Assembly: GCA_026416295.1 (NCBI GenBank)
Contig: JAOAFL010000016.1
Coordinates: forward strand, 373 to 64,372
Reading direction: 5' to 3'
From: Burkholderiales bacterium
GTDB lineage: Bacteria; Pseudomonadota; Gammaproteobacteria; Burkholderiales; SG8-39
Length of the DNA stretch: 64,000 nucleotides
Shown here piece by piece: positions 41,597 through 51,449 of the stretch. The translations under genes were made by a program, and so were the position numbers. The notes beneath the pieces were generated by a model that was given only the letters and a program-made list of their open reading frames with translations, was not told where the DNA came from and ran no database searches. Numbering within the stretch: position 1 is the stretch's first letter; each line of letters begins with the position of its first letter.

Positions 41597-41916
41597 GGCG
41601 CGCGCAGCTCGACCGGCAGGCCGGCGTGCGCCGACACCAGCCGCGAGAGCGCGGCGAACAGTTCGCTGCCGTCGCGGGTGTCGCGCCAGGCGGTGCCGTC
41701 GCGGCGGAAATGCAGGCCGCCCGAGCGTGCCGCGACCCAGATCTCGCGCGCCGGCGTGTGCCGGTTGACGACGATTTTCGCGCCGTCGTCGAACTCGATC
41801 TCGAGCACCCCGGCGCCCTTGAAGCGTACGTCGGCATCCGGCAGCGTCTGCTCCAGCGCGCGCTCGAGCGCGGCGAGGGTCTCGTCGGCGAGTCGCTCGA
41901 ATTCGCTCTCGTTCAC
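41593..41916 (-). CDS. cyaY: Iron donor protein CyaY (frataxin)
   Basis: ESEFERLAD, VLEIEF, IVVNRHTPAREIWVAARSGGLHF. Confidence 0.92.
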   Translation of the reverse strand: MNESEFERLADETLAALERALEQTLPDADVRFKGAGVLEIEFDDGAKIVVNRHTPAREIWVAARSGGLHFRRDGTAWRDTRDGSELFAALSRLVSAHAGLPVELRAP

Positions 41917-41979
41917 CGTAGGGGGCGTCCGGCTTGATAACATCGCCGATTGTATTCCGCCGCCGCCGCCCGAACCCGC

Positions 41980-42180
41980 ATGCCTGCGCCCCGCCTCGTT
42001 CTGGCCGCCCTCCTCGCCGCCGCGAGCGTCGCCGCCGGCTGCGGGCAGCGCGGCCCCCTTTATCTGCGCGACAGCCCGCCGCCCGGGATGAAACCGCCGA
42101 AGCCGGAACCGTATCGCCCGGTCCCCTACCCGGCGAGCGAGGAGCCGCGCGAACGCGCGCAAGAGCCGGCGCGGCGCTAG
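41980..42180 (+). CDS. Small lipoprotein (LptM/LppL family)
   Basis: AAGCGQRGPLYL lipobox motif; conserved cyaY-lipoprotein-lysA synteny. Confidence 0.8.
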   Translation: MPAPRLVLAALLAAASVAAGCGQRGPLYLRDSPPPGMKPPKPEPYRPVPYPASEEPRERAQEPARR

Positions 42181-42183
42181 CGC

Positions 42184-43434
42184 ATGGCCTTCGCCTACCG
42201 CGCCGGGCAGCTCTGCGCCGAGGACGTCGCGCTCGAGGACCTCGCCCGGCGCTACGGCACGCCGTGCTACGTCTACGCGCAGTCCGCGATCGAGCGCGCC
42301 TATCGCGAGTTCGCCGCCGCGTTCGAGGGGCGGCGCGCGCTCGTCGCCTATTCGGTGAAGGCGAACGCGAACCTCGCGGTGCTCGCGCTGATGGCGCGCC
42401 TCGGCGCAGGCTTCGACATCGTCTCGGGCGGCGAGCTCGCGCGCGTCGCCGCCGCCGGCGGCGCGATGGACAAGGTGCTTTTCTCCGGCGTCGGCAAGCG
42501 CGAGTCCGAGATCGCGCAGGCGCTCGCCGCCGGCGTCCTGTGCCTCAACCTCGAATCCGAGGCGGAGCTTGCGCGCGTCGAGGCCGTGGCCGCGCGCCTC
42601 GGGGTGCGGGCGCCGATCGCCTTCCGCGTGAACCCGGACGTCGATCCGCGCACCCACCCCTACATCGCGACCGGCCTGCGCGACAACAAGTTCGGCGTCG
42701 CCTGGGACGACGCGCTGCGGCTCTACCGGCAGGCCGCGCGCCTGCCTCACGTGCGCGTCGTCGGCATCGGCTGCCACATCGGCTCGCAGCTGCTCGACGT
42801 TGCGCCGTTCGCCGAGGCGGCGGCGCGCCTTCGGGCGCTCGTCGAAGCGCTCGCCGCCGACGGCATCGCGCTCTCGCACATCGACCTCGGCGGCGGCTTC
42901 GGCGTGCGCTATCGCGACGAGGCACCGCCGTCGCCCGCCGAGTTCGTGCGCGCGGCGCTCGAAGCGCTCGGCCCGCGCGCCGAGACGATCGTCGTCGACC
43001 CGGGGCGCGCGCTGGTCGGCGCGGCCGGGGTGCTGCTCACCCGCATCGAGTACGTGAAGCCGGCGGGCGCGAAGAATTTCGTCGTCGTCGATGCGGCGAT
43101 GAACGATCTGCTGCGCCCGGCGCTCTACGGCGCCTGGCACGAGGTGCTGCCGGTGCGCGAGCCGCGGGCCGGCGAAACGCTCACCGTGTGCGACGTCGTC
43201 GGCCCGGTGTGCGAAAGCGCCGACGTGCTCGCGCGCGAGCGGCGGCTCGCGCCGCGCGCGGGCGACCTGCTCGCGATCATGACCGCCGGCGCCTACGGCA
43301 TGGCGATGAGCTCGAACTACAACACCCGCCCGCGCCCGGCCGAAGTCATGGTGAGCGGCGCCACCGCGCGGCTCGTGCGCCGGCGCGAGACGGTCGAGGA
43401 ATTGTTCGCGCACGAGGTGGCGCTCGCATGCTAG
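42184..43434 (+). CDS. lysA: Diaminopimelate decarboxylase
   Basis: YSVKAN, HIGSQ, DLGGG, GPVCESAD, GAYGMAMSSNYN. Confidence 0.96.
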   Translation: MAFAYRAGQLCAEDVALEDLARRYGTPCYVYAQSAIERAYREFAAAFEGRRALVAYSVKANANLAVLALMARLGAGFDIVSGGELARVAAAGGAMDKVLFSGVGKRESEIAQALAAGVLCLNLESEAELARVEAVAARLGVRAPIAFRVNPDVDPRTHPYIATGLRDNKFGVAWDDALRLYRQAARLPHVRVVGIGCHIGSQLLDVAPFAEAAARLRALVEALAADGIALSHIDLGGGFGVRYRDEAPPSPAEFVRAALEALGPRAETIVVDPGRALVGAAGVLLTRIEYVKPAGAKNFVVVDAAMNDLLRPALYGAWHEVLPVREPRAGETLTVCDVVGPVCESADVLARERRLAPRAGDLLAIMTAGAYGMAMSSNYNTRPRPAEVMVSGATARLVRRRETVEELFAHEVALAC

Positions 43435-44564
43435 CGGCACGCCTGCTCGCGGCGGCTGCGGCGGCCGCGCTTTCGGTCGCCGGCTGCGGCGGCGAAGCGG
43501 AATCGGCGCGCCGCCCGGCGGGGCCGCCGGCGACGCTCGTGACCGCGATCGCGGTCGAGCCGCGCGACCTGGAGGTGCTCGAGCAGGTGGTCGGCACGAT
43601 CGAGAACGTGCTCGACCCGAGCATCGGCGCCGAGGTCGCCGGCCGCGTCGTGCGCGTTCACGCCTACACCGGCAAGAAGGTGCGCCAGGGCGAGCTGCTC
43701 GCCGAGATCGACCCGCGCGACTTCGAGATCCAGGCGCGCGCCGACGCCGCCGAGATCGCGCGCCTGGAGACGCTCCTTGCGCAGCAGGAACGCGTGCTCG
43801 AGCGTCAGCAGAAGCTCGTCGCGCAGGGCTTCATCTCGCAGAACGCGGCCGACGAGGCCCTCGCGCAACGAAACGCGCTGCGCGAAAGCCTCGCCGCCGC
43901 GCGCGCGCGCGCCGAGCAGACGAAGCGCAACCTCGCGAAGACGCGCGTCACCGCGCCGGTGGAAGGCGCGATCGAGGTGCAGATCGTCGCGCCGGGCGAT
44001 TTCGTGAAGGTGGGCGATCCGCTCTTTCGCATGGTCGGCACCGGGCGGCTGCGCGCGCGCCTGCCGCTGCCCGAAAACATCGACCGGCTGGTGCGTCCGG
44101 GGCTGAAGGTGCGACTGTCGGCGCCGTCTGCGCCCGAGCGGGAGCTCGAAGCGCGCATCGACGAGCTGCGGCCGACGGTGGTCGCGCAGAGCCGGGCGCT
44201 CGAGGCGATCGTCCGGTTCGACAACGACGGCAGCTTCCGCGGCGGCGGCAGCGTCCACGCGAAAATCGTGGTCGCGGTGCGGCCCGGCGCGCTCACCGTG
44301 CCCGAGCAATCGGTCGTGCTTCGCCCGGCGGGCAAGGTGGTGTACGTCGTCACCGAACGCGACGGTCGGCTGGTCGCCGAGCAGCGCCAGGTCCAGACCG
44401 GCGTGCGCCAGGACGGCCGCTACGAGATCGTGAAGGGTCTTGCCGCGGGCGAGCGGGTGGTGGTGGACGGCGCAGGGTTCCTCACGCACGGCGCGCCGGT
44501 CGCCTTCGCAAAGCCCGCCGGGGGCGACAAGGGCGGTGCCGGAAAGGGCGCGAAGAAGGGCTGA
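43428..44564 (+). CDS. RND efflux membrane fusion (periplasmic adaptor) lipoprotein
   Basis: Lipobox VAGC, AEVAGRV, coiled hairpin, TAPVEG, GLAAGERVVVDG. Confidence 0.9.
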   Translation: MLAARLLAAAAAAALSVAGCGGEAESARRPAGPPATLVTAIAVEPRDLEVLEQVVGTIENVLDPSIGAEVAGRVVRVHAYTGKKVRQGELLAEIDPRDFEIQARADAAEIARLETLLAQQERVLERQQKLVAQGFISQNAADEALAQRNALRESLAAARARAEQTKRNLAKTRVTAPVEGAIEVQIVAPGDFVKVGDPLFRMVGTGRLRARLPLPENIDRLVRPGLKVRLSAPSAPERELEARIDELRPTVVAQSRALEAIVRFDNDGSFRGGGSVHAKIVVAVRPGALTVPEQSVVLRPAGKVVYVVTERDGRLVAEQRQVQTGVRQDGRYEIVKGLAAGERVVVDGAGFLTHGAPVAFAKPAGGDKGGAGKGAKKG

Positions 44565-44567
44565 GCG

Positions 44568-47500
44568 ATGACGCTCGCGGAACTCTCGATCCGCCGGCAC
44601 GTGTTTGCGTTCATGCTGAACGCGGTGCTCGTCCTCTTCGGCCTCATCGCCTACACGCGCATGGGCGTGGACAAGCTGCCCTACATCGAGTTTCCGGTGA
44701 TCTCGATCACCACCGCCCAGAAGGGCGCGAACCCCGAGGTGATCGACGCCTCGATCACCAGCCTCATCGAGTCGGCGGTGAACAGCGTGCCGGGCATCGA
44801 GCACATCCAGTCGACCTCCAGCCCCGGCGTGTCGGTGGTCAACGTCACGTTCAACCTCGACAAGCGCATCGACGTCGCGTTCAACGAGGTGCAGGCGAAG
44901 GTGAACCAGGTGCTGCGCCGCCTGCCGCGGGAGGCCGAGCCGCCGGTGGTCGCGAAGATGGAGACCAACACGCAGCCGATCCTGTGGACGGCGTTGCAGG
45001 GCGACCGCACGCAGCAGCAGCTCAACCAGTACGCGATCAATGTCATCAAGAAGCGGCTGGAGACGATCGACGGCGTGGGCGAGATCCGGATCGGCGGCCG
45101 GCGCGACCGCACGATCCGCGTGAATCTGCTTCCGGCGCGCATGGCCGCCTACGGCGTCGCCGCGCAGGACGTGGCCGCGGCGTTCGCGAACGAGCACCTG
45201 CAGGTCGCCGGCGGCTTTCTCACCGGGCGCACGACCGAGCACCTGCTCAAGCTCGACCTCGAATTCCACCGCCTGGACGACCTGGAGAAAATGGTCATCG
45301 CCTGGCGCGAGGGCGCGCCGGTGCGGCTGCGCGACATCGCCGAGATCGAGGACGGACTGTCGGACTTCCGGCAACTTGCGCGCTTCAACGGCAAGCCGAC
45401 GGTCGGCATCGGCGTCGTCAAGGTGCCGAACACCAACACCGTCGAGATCGTCGCGCGCGTGCGCGAGCGGATCGAGACCGAGATCCGGCCGCAGCTTCCG
45501 CCGGGACTGGAGCTGCACTACGTGCAGAACGACGCGGTGTTCATCGGCGAGATGGTCGAGGCGCTGCGCGCGCACCTGGTCGAAGGCACGCTCCTTGCCG
45601 CGCTCATCGTCTGGCTGTTCCTGAGGAGCCTGCGCGCGACGCTCATCATCGCGACCGCGATCCCGGTGTCGCTCTTCGGCGCGATCGCGGTGATGTACTT
45701 CTTCGGTCTGACGTTCAACTCGGTGACGCTGCTCGCGCTGCTGCTGCTCGTGGGCGTGGTGGTGGACGACGCGATCGTGGTGCTCGAAAACATCCACCGC
45801 CACCGCGAGCGGCTGGTCGCCGACACCTTCCAGGCGGCGGTCGCCGGCTCGCGCGAGGTCACCTTCGCGGTGATCGCGGCGTCGCTCGCGCTGGTGGCGA
45901 TCTTCGCGCCGGTGATCTTCGTCTCCGGCATCACCGGCCAGTTCCTGCGCTCGTTCGCGGTGGTGGTGACCTTCGGCGTGCTCGTGTCGCTGTTCGTGTC
46001 GCTCACGCTCACGCCGATGCTCTGCTCGCGCTTTCTGCACGTCGAGCGCCGCCACGGGCGGCTCTACTGGCTGCTCGAGCACGCGTTCGAGCGCCTCGAG
46101 CGCCTCTACCGCCGGCTGCTCGGCTGGGCGCTCGCGCACCGCTGGACGGTGCTCGCCGGCGCGGTGGCGGTGAGCGCCGGCGCGGTGCCGTTTTTCCGGA
46201 TGCTTCCGGCCGAACTGGCGCCGCAGCCCGACGAGGGGCGGTTCCTCATCGGCATCCGCACGCCGCTCGGTTCCTCGATCCACTACACCGAGCAGAAGCT
46301 GCGCGAAGTCGAGGAGATCGTGTTCCGCTATCCGGACGTGGTCACCGAGTTCGGCGTGATCGGTCTGGGCTCGGCCGGCCAGGTCAATCAGGCGACGCTG
46401 GTGGTGCGCATGAAGCCGAAGTCCGAGCGCCGGCGCTCGGGCGGCATGACGCAGCAGGAGGTGATCGCGGCGGTGCGGCGCGATCTCGCGCAACTGGCTG
46501 GCGCGCGCGCGTTTCCGCGCCCCTTCGGCCTCGTGATGGGCCAGCGCTCCGAGCCGCTGCAGTTCGTCGTCAAGGGGCCGAACCTTGAGGAGATGGGGCG
46601 CGTCGCGACCGCCTTGCAGAGGACGCTTCAGGCCGACCCGCAGATCGGGCGCATGGACACCGACCTGCAGCTCGATCTGCCGCAGCTCGTCCTCGAACCC
46701 GATCGCGTGCGCGCCGCGGCCGTCGGCCTGAGCACCCAGGACCTCGCGCTCGCGATCAGCATGCTCACCGGCGGCGTCGATATCGCGAAGTACAACGACC
46801 AGCCGGGCGACGGCGAGCGCTACGACATCCGCGTGAAGGCGAAGGAAGGCGAATTCGTCTCGCAGGACGATCTCGCGCGGATCTACCTGCGCAACCGCCA
46901 GGGGCAGCTCGTGCGGCTGGATACGGTCGCGCGCTTTGCCGAACGCGTCGGCCCGGCGGTGGTCGGGCGCTTCGACCTGCAGTTCGCCGCGACCTTCTAC
47001 GCCACCCCCTCGATTCCGCTCGCGGCGGCGATGGAGAAGGTGCGCGCCGCCGCGCGGGAACTCCCGCCGGGCTACCAGGTGGTGTTCATCGGCGAGGCCG
47101 AGCAGCTCGAAAAAACGCGCGAGGCGATGCTCTTCACCTTCGCGCTCGCGCTCGTGCTCCTTTTCATGGTGCTCGCGAGCCAGTTCAACTCGTTCCTGCA
47201 ACCGTTCTACGTCATGCTCGCGGTGCCGCTCGCGATCATCGGCGGGGTGTTCGCGCTGTGGCTGTTCCTGCCGCTGTCGCAGCTGGGCGCATCGCTCGGG
47301 CTGAAGATCCCGGTGCACACGTTGAACATCTACTCGATGATCGGCCTCACGCTCCTCATCGGCCTGGTGGCGAAAAACTCGATTCTGCTCGTCGATCTCG
47401 CCAACCAGCGCCGCGCGCAAGGGATGGCGGTGGACGCAGCGCTCGCGGATGCCTGCCCGATCCGCATGCGGCCGGTGCTGATGACTTCGGCGACGGTGGT

Positions 47501-47720
47501 GCTCGCGCTCCTTCCGGCGGCCTTCGGTCTCGGGGCGGGCGCCGAGACGAACGCGCCGCTCGCGGTCGCGGTGATCGGCGGCATGATCACCTCGACGCTG
47601 CTCACGCTCGTGGTGGTACCGGCCGCCTATTCGCTCGTCGAGAACTGGCGCGAGGGAAGAAGGCGTGCGCGCGGCGCGGCGCCGGTCGAGGCCCCGAGCG
47701 CGCCGCGGCGCGAACCCTAG
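44568..47720 (+). CDS. RND efflux permease (AcrB/MdtC family)
   Basis: GVVVDDAIVVLEN, SLTLTPML, GLVAKNSILLVD, RMRPVLMT. Confidence 0.94.
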   Translation: MTLAELSIRRHVFAFMLNAVLVLFGLIAYTRMGVDKLPYIEFPVISITTAQKGANPEVIDASITSLIESAVNSVPGIEHIQSTSSPGVSVVNVTFNLDKRIDVAFNEVQAKVNQVLRRLPREAEPPVVAKMETNTQPILWTALQGDRTQQQLNQYAINVIKKRLETIDGVGEIRIGGRRDRTIRVNLLPARMAAYGVAAQDVAAAFANEHLQVAGGFLTGRTTEHLLKLDLEFHRLDDLEKMVIAWREGAPVRLRDIAEIEDGLSDFRQLARFNGKPTVGIGVVKVPNTNTVEIVARVRERIETEIRPQLPPGLELHYVQNDAVFIGEMVEALRAHLVEGTLLAALIVWLFLRSLRATLIIATAIPVSLFGAIAVMYFFGLTFNSVTLLALLLLVGVVVDDAIVVLENIHRHRERLVADTFQAAVAGSREVTFAVIAASLALVAIFAPVIFVSGITGQFLRSFAVVVTFGVLVSLFVSLTLTPMLCSRFLHVERRHGRLYWLLEHAFERLERLYRRLLGWALAHRWTVLAGAVAVSAGAVPFFRMLPAELAPQPDEGRFLIGIRTPLGSSIHYTEQKLREVEEIVFRYPDVVTEFGVIGLGSAGQVNQATLVVRMKPKSERRRSGGMTQQEVIAAVRRDLAQLAGARAFPRPFGLVMGQRSEPLQFVVKGPNLEEMGRVATALQRTLQADPQIGRMDTDLQLDLPQLVLEPDRVRAAAVGLSTQDLALAISMLTGGVDIAKYNDQPGDGERYDIRVKAKEGEFVSQDDLARIYLRNRQGQLVRLDTVARFAERVGPAVVGRFDLQFAATFYATPSIPLAAAMEKVRAAARELPPGYQVVFIGEAEQLEKTREAMLFTFALALVLLFMVLASQFNSFLQPFYVMLAVPLAIIGGVFALWLFLPLSQLGASLGLKIPVHTLNIYSMIGLTLLIGLVAKNSILLVDLANQRRAQGMAVDAALADACPIRMRPVLMTSATVVLALLPAAFGLGAGAETNAPLAVAVIGGMITSTLLTLVVVPAAYSLVENWREGRRRARGAAPVEAPSAPRREP

Positions 47721-49255
47721 ATCGCGAACTCGACGAGAAACGGCCCGCGCCGGCGGCAGGCGGCGGAAAAGACGTCGGCGAAAGCCTCGAGCGTCTCGAC
47801 GCGCGCCGCCTCGACCCCCATGCCTTCGGCGAGCTTCGTCCAGCCGAGCGCCGGCCGGCCGAGGTCGAAGAGCGCCTCGGACGCCGGTCCCGGCCGCGCG
47901 CCCGCTGCGGCGAGCTCGCCCTGCAGGATCGCGTAGCGTCGGTTCGCGAACACGATGTTCACCACGTCGAGCCGCTCGCGCGCCTGGGTCCAGAGCGCTT
48001 GCAGCGTGTACATCCCGCCGCCGTCGCCCTGAAGGCACACGACGCGCCGAGCGGGGCAGGCGATCGCCGCGCCGGTCGCGGCGGGAAACGCCCAGCCGAT
48101 CGCGCCGCCCGTGATCTGTATCCAGTCGTGCGGGGCCGCCGCCCAGGTGTAGGGGAAAAGCGCGCGGCCCGAGGTGACCGCGTCCTCGGCGACGATCGCG
48201 TCTTCCGGAAGCAGGGCGGCGAGCGTCGGGCCGAAGGCATCGGCGCGGAAGGGACCGCGCTGCGGCTCGGGTTTCGCGAGCGCCGGGAACGTCGGCTCGG
48301 GCGGTGCAGCGAGCTCGTCTGCGAGCGCTTCCAATGCGCCGACCACATCCTCCGCCGGCCCGGCGAGCCGGTGTAGCGCGCAGTCCGCCGGCCAAAGGGT
48401 CGAAGGTTTTCCGGGATAAGCGAAGAAGCCGACCGGCGGCCTTGCGCCGGCGAGCACCAGATGTCGGACGCCTTCGAGAACCTTGAGCGCGGCATCGACG
48501 ACGTATGGGATGCGATCCACCGGCGGCCGTCCGCGCCCGCGTGCCATGCGCGGCACCTGCGTCGGCGTGCGAAGCTCAGCACCGGTCGCCTGCGCGATGC
48601 GCGCGGCAGCCCGAAGCCCGCGTTCGGTGAGCGCGGGTCCTGAAAGGAGCAGCATCGCCCGCTCGCCTGAGCGCAGCGCCAGCGCCGCCTCGCGCAGCGC
48701 CTCCGGTGCGGGCATCCGGCGCGCCGGCGCGGCAAGCGCCGCCGCAGGCCGGCCGCCCTCTCCCCAGGCGCAGTCGGCCGGCAGCACGAGCGTCGCGACG
48801 CCGCCCGGCGGGGCGAGCGCCGCCTGCACCGCGCGGGCGGCGTCCTCGCCGACGTCCTCGGAGCGCAGGCTCGTCCGAACCCAGCAGGACACCGTGCGCG
48901 CGAGCGCCTCGGTGTCGGCGGTGAGCGGAGGATCGTGCGGGCGGTGGTGCGTCGCCTGATCGCCGACGATGTTGACGACCGGGGTATGCGCGCGGCGGGC
49001 GTTGTGCAGGTTGGCCAGCCCGTTCGCAAGGCCCGGTCCGCAGTGAAAAAGCGTCGCCGCCGGCCGTCCGGCCATGCGCGCGTAGCCGTCTGCGAAGCCG
49101 GCGACCGCGGCCTCGGCGAGCCCGAGCACCGCGCGCACGCCCGGCACCCGGTCGAGCGCGGCGACGAAGTGCATCTCGCTCGTTCCCGGATTGGCGAAGC
49201 AAACCTCGACGCCGCAGGCGACGAGGGTGCGGGCGAGGCTTTCTGCGCCGTCCAT
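47717..49255 (-). CDS. TPP-dependent acetolactate synthase large-subunit-like enzyme
   Basis: CFANPGTSEMH, ADGYARM, QGDGGGMYT...N TPP-binding motif. Confidence 0.88.
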   Translation of the reverse strand: MDGAESLARTLVACGVEVCFANPGTSEMHFVAALDRVPGVRAVLGLAEAAVAGFADGYARMAGRPAATLFHCGPGLANGLANLHNARRAHTPVVNIVGDQATHHRPHDPPLTADTEALARTVSCWVRTSLRSEDVGEDAARAVQAALAPPGGVATLVLPADCAWGEGGRPAAALAAPARRMPAPEALREAALALRSGERAMLLLSGPALTERGLRAAARIAQATGAELRTPTQVPRMARGRGRPPVDRIPYVVDAALKVLEGVRHLVLAGARPPVGFFAYPGKPSTLWPADCALHRLAGPAEDVVGALEALADELAAPPEPTFPALAKPEPQRGPFRADAFGPTLAALLPEDAIVAEDAVTSGRALFPYTWAAAPHDWIQITGGAIGWAFPAATGAAIACPARRVVCLQGDGGGMYTLQALWTQARERLDVVNIVFANRRYAILQGELAAAGARPGPASEALFDLGRPALGWTKLAEGMGVEAARVETLEAFADVFSAACRRRGPFLVEFAI

Positions 49256-49298
49256 GCGCCCGATGCTAGCATCGGCAGCTTCCGGAGACAGATCCGAC

Positions 49299-50147
49299 AT
49301 GGCCGCCAATCCCGAAATCCGCAACATGGCGCTCTTCTGCGACTTCGAAAACATCGCCCTCGGCGTTCAGGAGGCGAAATACGACAAGTTCGACATCGGG
49401 CGCGTGCTCGAGCGGCTGCTTCTCAAGGGGTCGATCGTCGTGAAGAAGGCTTATTGCGACTGGGCGCGCTACAAGGAGTTCAAGGCGGCGATGCACGCGG
49501 CCGCGTTCGAACTGATCGAGATCCCGCACGTACGCCAGTCGGGCAAGAACTCGGCCGACATCCGCATGGTGGTGGACGCGCTCGACCTCTGCTACACCAA
49601 GAGCCATGTCGACACCTTCGTCATCATCAGCGGCGACTCGGATTTCTCGCCGCTCGTCTCCAAGCTGCGCGAAAACGCAAAGACGGTGATCGGGGTCGGC
49701 GTCAAGAACTCCTCGAGCGACCTGTTGATCGCCAATTGCGACGAGTTCATCTACTACGACGACCTGGTGCGCGAGGACGAGGCCAAACGCCGCGCGCAGA
49801 AGAAGCGGCGCGAGGCCCAGAAGGGCGCCGCCGCACACGGCGCCGCCGCGGGCGAAGACAAGGCACAGGAGGCGTTCGACCTGGTGCTGGAGACGTTCGA
49901 CGCGCTGGTCGCCGAGCGCGGCGAGGGCGAGCGAATCTGGGGCTCGATGGTCAAGCAGGCGCTCAAGCGCCGCAAACCCGGGTTCAACGAGTCCTACTAC
50001 GGCTTTCGCGCCTTTTCCGATCTTCTCGAGGAGGCCGAACGCCGCGGGCTGCTGCGCCTGGAGCCCGACGAAAAATCGGGCGGTTACGTGCTGCGCCGCC
50101 CCGAGCGGCCGGCGGCCCGGGCCGGCGCGGACGCTACTGCGGGTTGA
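49299..50147 (+). CDS. NYN-domain (PIN-like) protein with C-terminal OST-HTH/LOTUS domain
   Basis: FCDFEN, GKNSADI, ISGDSDFSPL, CDEFIYYD; C-terminal PGFNESYYGFRAFSDLLE. Confidence 0.9.
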   Translation: MAANPEIRNMALFCDFENIALGVQEAKYDKFDIGRVLERLLLKGSIVVKKAYCDWARYKEFKAAMHAAAFELIEIPHVRQSGKNSADIRMVVDALDLCYTKSHVDTFVIISGDSDFSPLVSKLRENAKTVIGVGVKNSSSDLLIANCDEFIYYDDLVREDEAKRRAQKKRREAQKGAAAHGAAAGEDKAQEAFDLVLETFDALVAERGEGERIWGSMVKQALKRRKPGFNESYYGFRAFSDLLEEAERRGLLRLEPDEKSGGYVLRRPERPAARAGADATAG

Positions 50148-50808
50148 GCTGGCGGTAGACGGCTTCGGCGACCGAGAGCAGCCGCTCGCGCGGGAGATCG
50201 CTCGAGGCGAGGGCATAGCCGAAGCGCCGATCGATCCAGTAGAACACGCCGACCTTGCCCTCGGACTGATAGCGGAATGCGGTCTCGCCGTGGTCGCGCC
50301 CGTCGGCGCGGACGTAGAGCGTGACGCGCGTGCCCTGCTTGCACTGGTACATGAACTGCGCGACCGGCCCGTCGTCGCCCGGCAGCAGTCGGCCGCCGAC
50401 CAGGCTGTAGCCGACGTCCTCGAGCTTGGGCGCGCGCACCGGCGCACCGAGCCGCTTCGAGAGCCAAGCGACGAGATGCGCCTCCTGGTCGGCGCCCACC
50501 TCGACCGGATGGCGCACCTCGGGCGAATAGACCGCGTGCGCGATCGCCGCGCGCCGCGCGAACGCCGGGGCATCCGTCGACACGGGCGGTTGCGCGCGCT
50601 CGCCGAGGATCTGCCAGGCGGCGAGCGCGCCGAGCGCGGCCCCGAGCGCGACGAGCACCGCGGCGCGTCCGAGCGCGCGCCAGCGCCCGCGCTCGCCTGC
50701 GACGCGCAGCCGCTCGGGCAGCGGCTCGGCGAGCACCGGATCGTAAAGCTCGTGCAGCGCCTGCGAGAGCGCCCGAAGCGTGTCGTCCTTCTGCGGTTCG
50801 CCGCTCAT
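50134..50808 (-). CDS. Transmembrane anti-sigma factor (PrtR-like)
   Basis: AHAVYSPEVRHPVEV, WLSKRLG, LVGGRLLP, AQFMY; directly downstream of the ECF sigma. Confidence 0.87.
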   Translation of the reverse strand: MSGEPQKDDTLRALSQALHELYDPVLAEPLPERLRVAGERGRWRALGRAAVLVALGAALGALAAWQILGERAQPPVSTDAPAFARRAAIAHAVYSPEVRHPVEVGADQEAHLVAWLSKRLGAPVRAPKLEDVGYSLVGGRLLPGDDGPVAQFMYQCKQGTRVTLYVRADGRDHGETAFRYQSEGKVGVFYWIDRRFGYALASSDLPRERLLSVAEAVYRQLNPQ

Positions 50809-50812
50809 CGGG

Positions 50813-51313
50813 TCACTTCACCCGCTGCAAACGGGCCCCGGCGGGCAGGCCGCCGAGCATCGCGCGCAGCTTCTCGCGCGCGCGCGCAAGGCGCGACATC
50901 ACCGTGCCGATCGGAATGCCGAGGGTACGCGCGGCTTCGCTGTAGCTCATGTCCTCCAGCGCGACGAGCAACAGCACCTCGCGCTGCTCGGGCGGCAGAC
51001 GCCGCAGCGCGCGCTCGAGGTCCCTCAGGTCGAGCGGATCGGTCTCGCGCGCGGCGCGCGCGAGTTCCGGCATGTCCTCCTCGAGCGGCGCGAGCGGGCG
51101 CGCCGCGCGCAGCTGGTTGACGTAGACGTTGTGCATCACGGTGAACAGCCAGGCGCGCAGGTCGGTGCCGCGCCGGTAGAGGTGGAGCTTCGCCAGCGCG
51201 CGCTCCAGCGTGTCCTGCACGAGGTCGTCGGCCGCCGTCGGCTCGCCGACGAGCGCGCGTGCGTAGCGGCGCAGCCGCGGGATCAGCCGGACGAGTTCCT
51301 GCGCCTCGCGCAT
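50813..51313 (-). CDS. ECF RNA polymerase sigma factor (PrtI/ECF26-like)
   Basis: IPRLRRYARAL, ADDLVQDTLERA, WLFTVMHN, GTVMSRLARAR. Confidence 0.92.
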   Translation of the reverse strand: MREAQELVRLIPRLRRYARALVGEPTAADDLVQDTLERALAKLHLYRRGTDLRAWLFTVMHNVYVNQLRAARPLAPLEEDMPELARAARETDPLDLRDLERALRRLPPEQREVLLLVALEDMSYSEAARTLGIPIGTVMSRLARAREKLRAMLGGLPAGARLQRVK

Positions 51314-51320
51314 GTCGGAC

Positions 51321-51345
51321 AACAGTCTAGCGCCGCGGTTATTCC
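51321..51345 (-). promoter_or_regulatory. Putative ECF autoregulatory promoter
   Basis: Minus strand GGAATAA-N15-GTT, 7 nt before the sigma ATG. Confidence 0.6.
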
Positions 51346-51449
51346 GCAGGCGTCGCGGATCGCGCGCGCTCGCCCGCGCGCGACGCGTGCGCCGCGCAAC
51401 ATCGCCCTCCGGCGACGGCGGCGGCGCGAGGCTTGCGGCGGCGGCCGGT

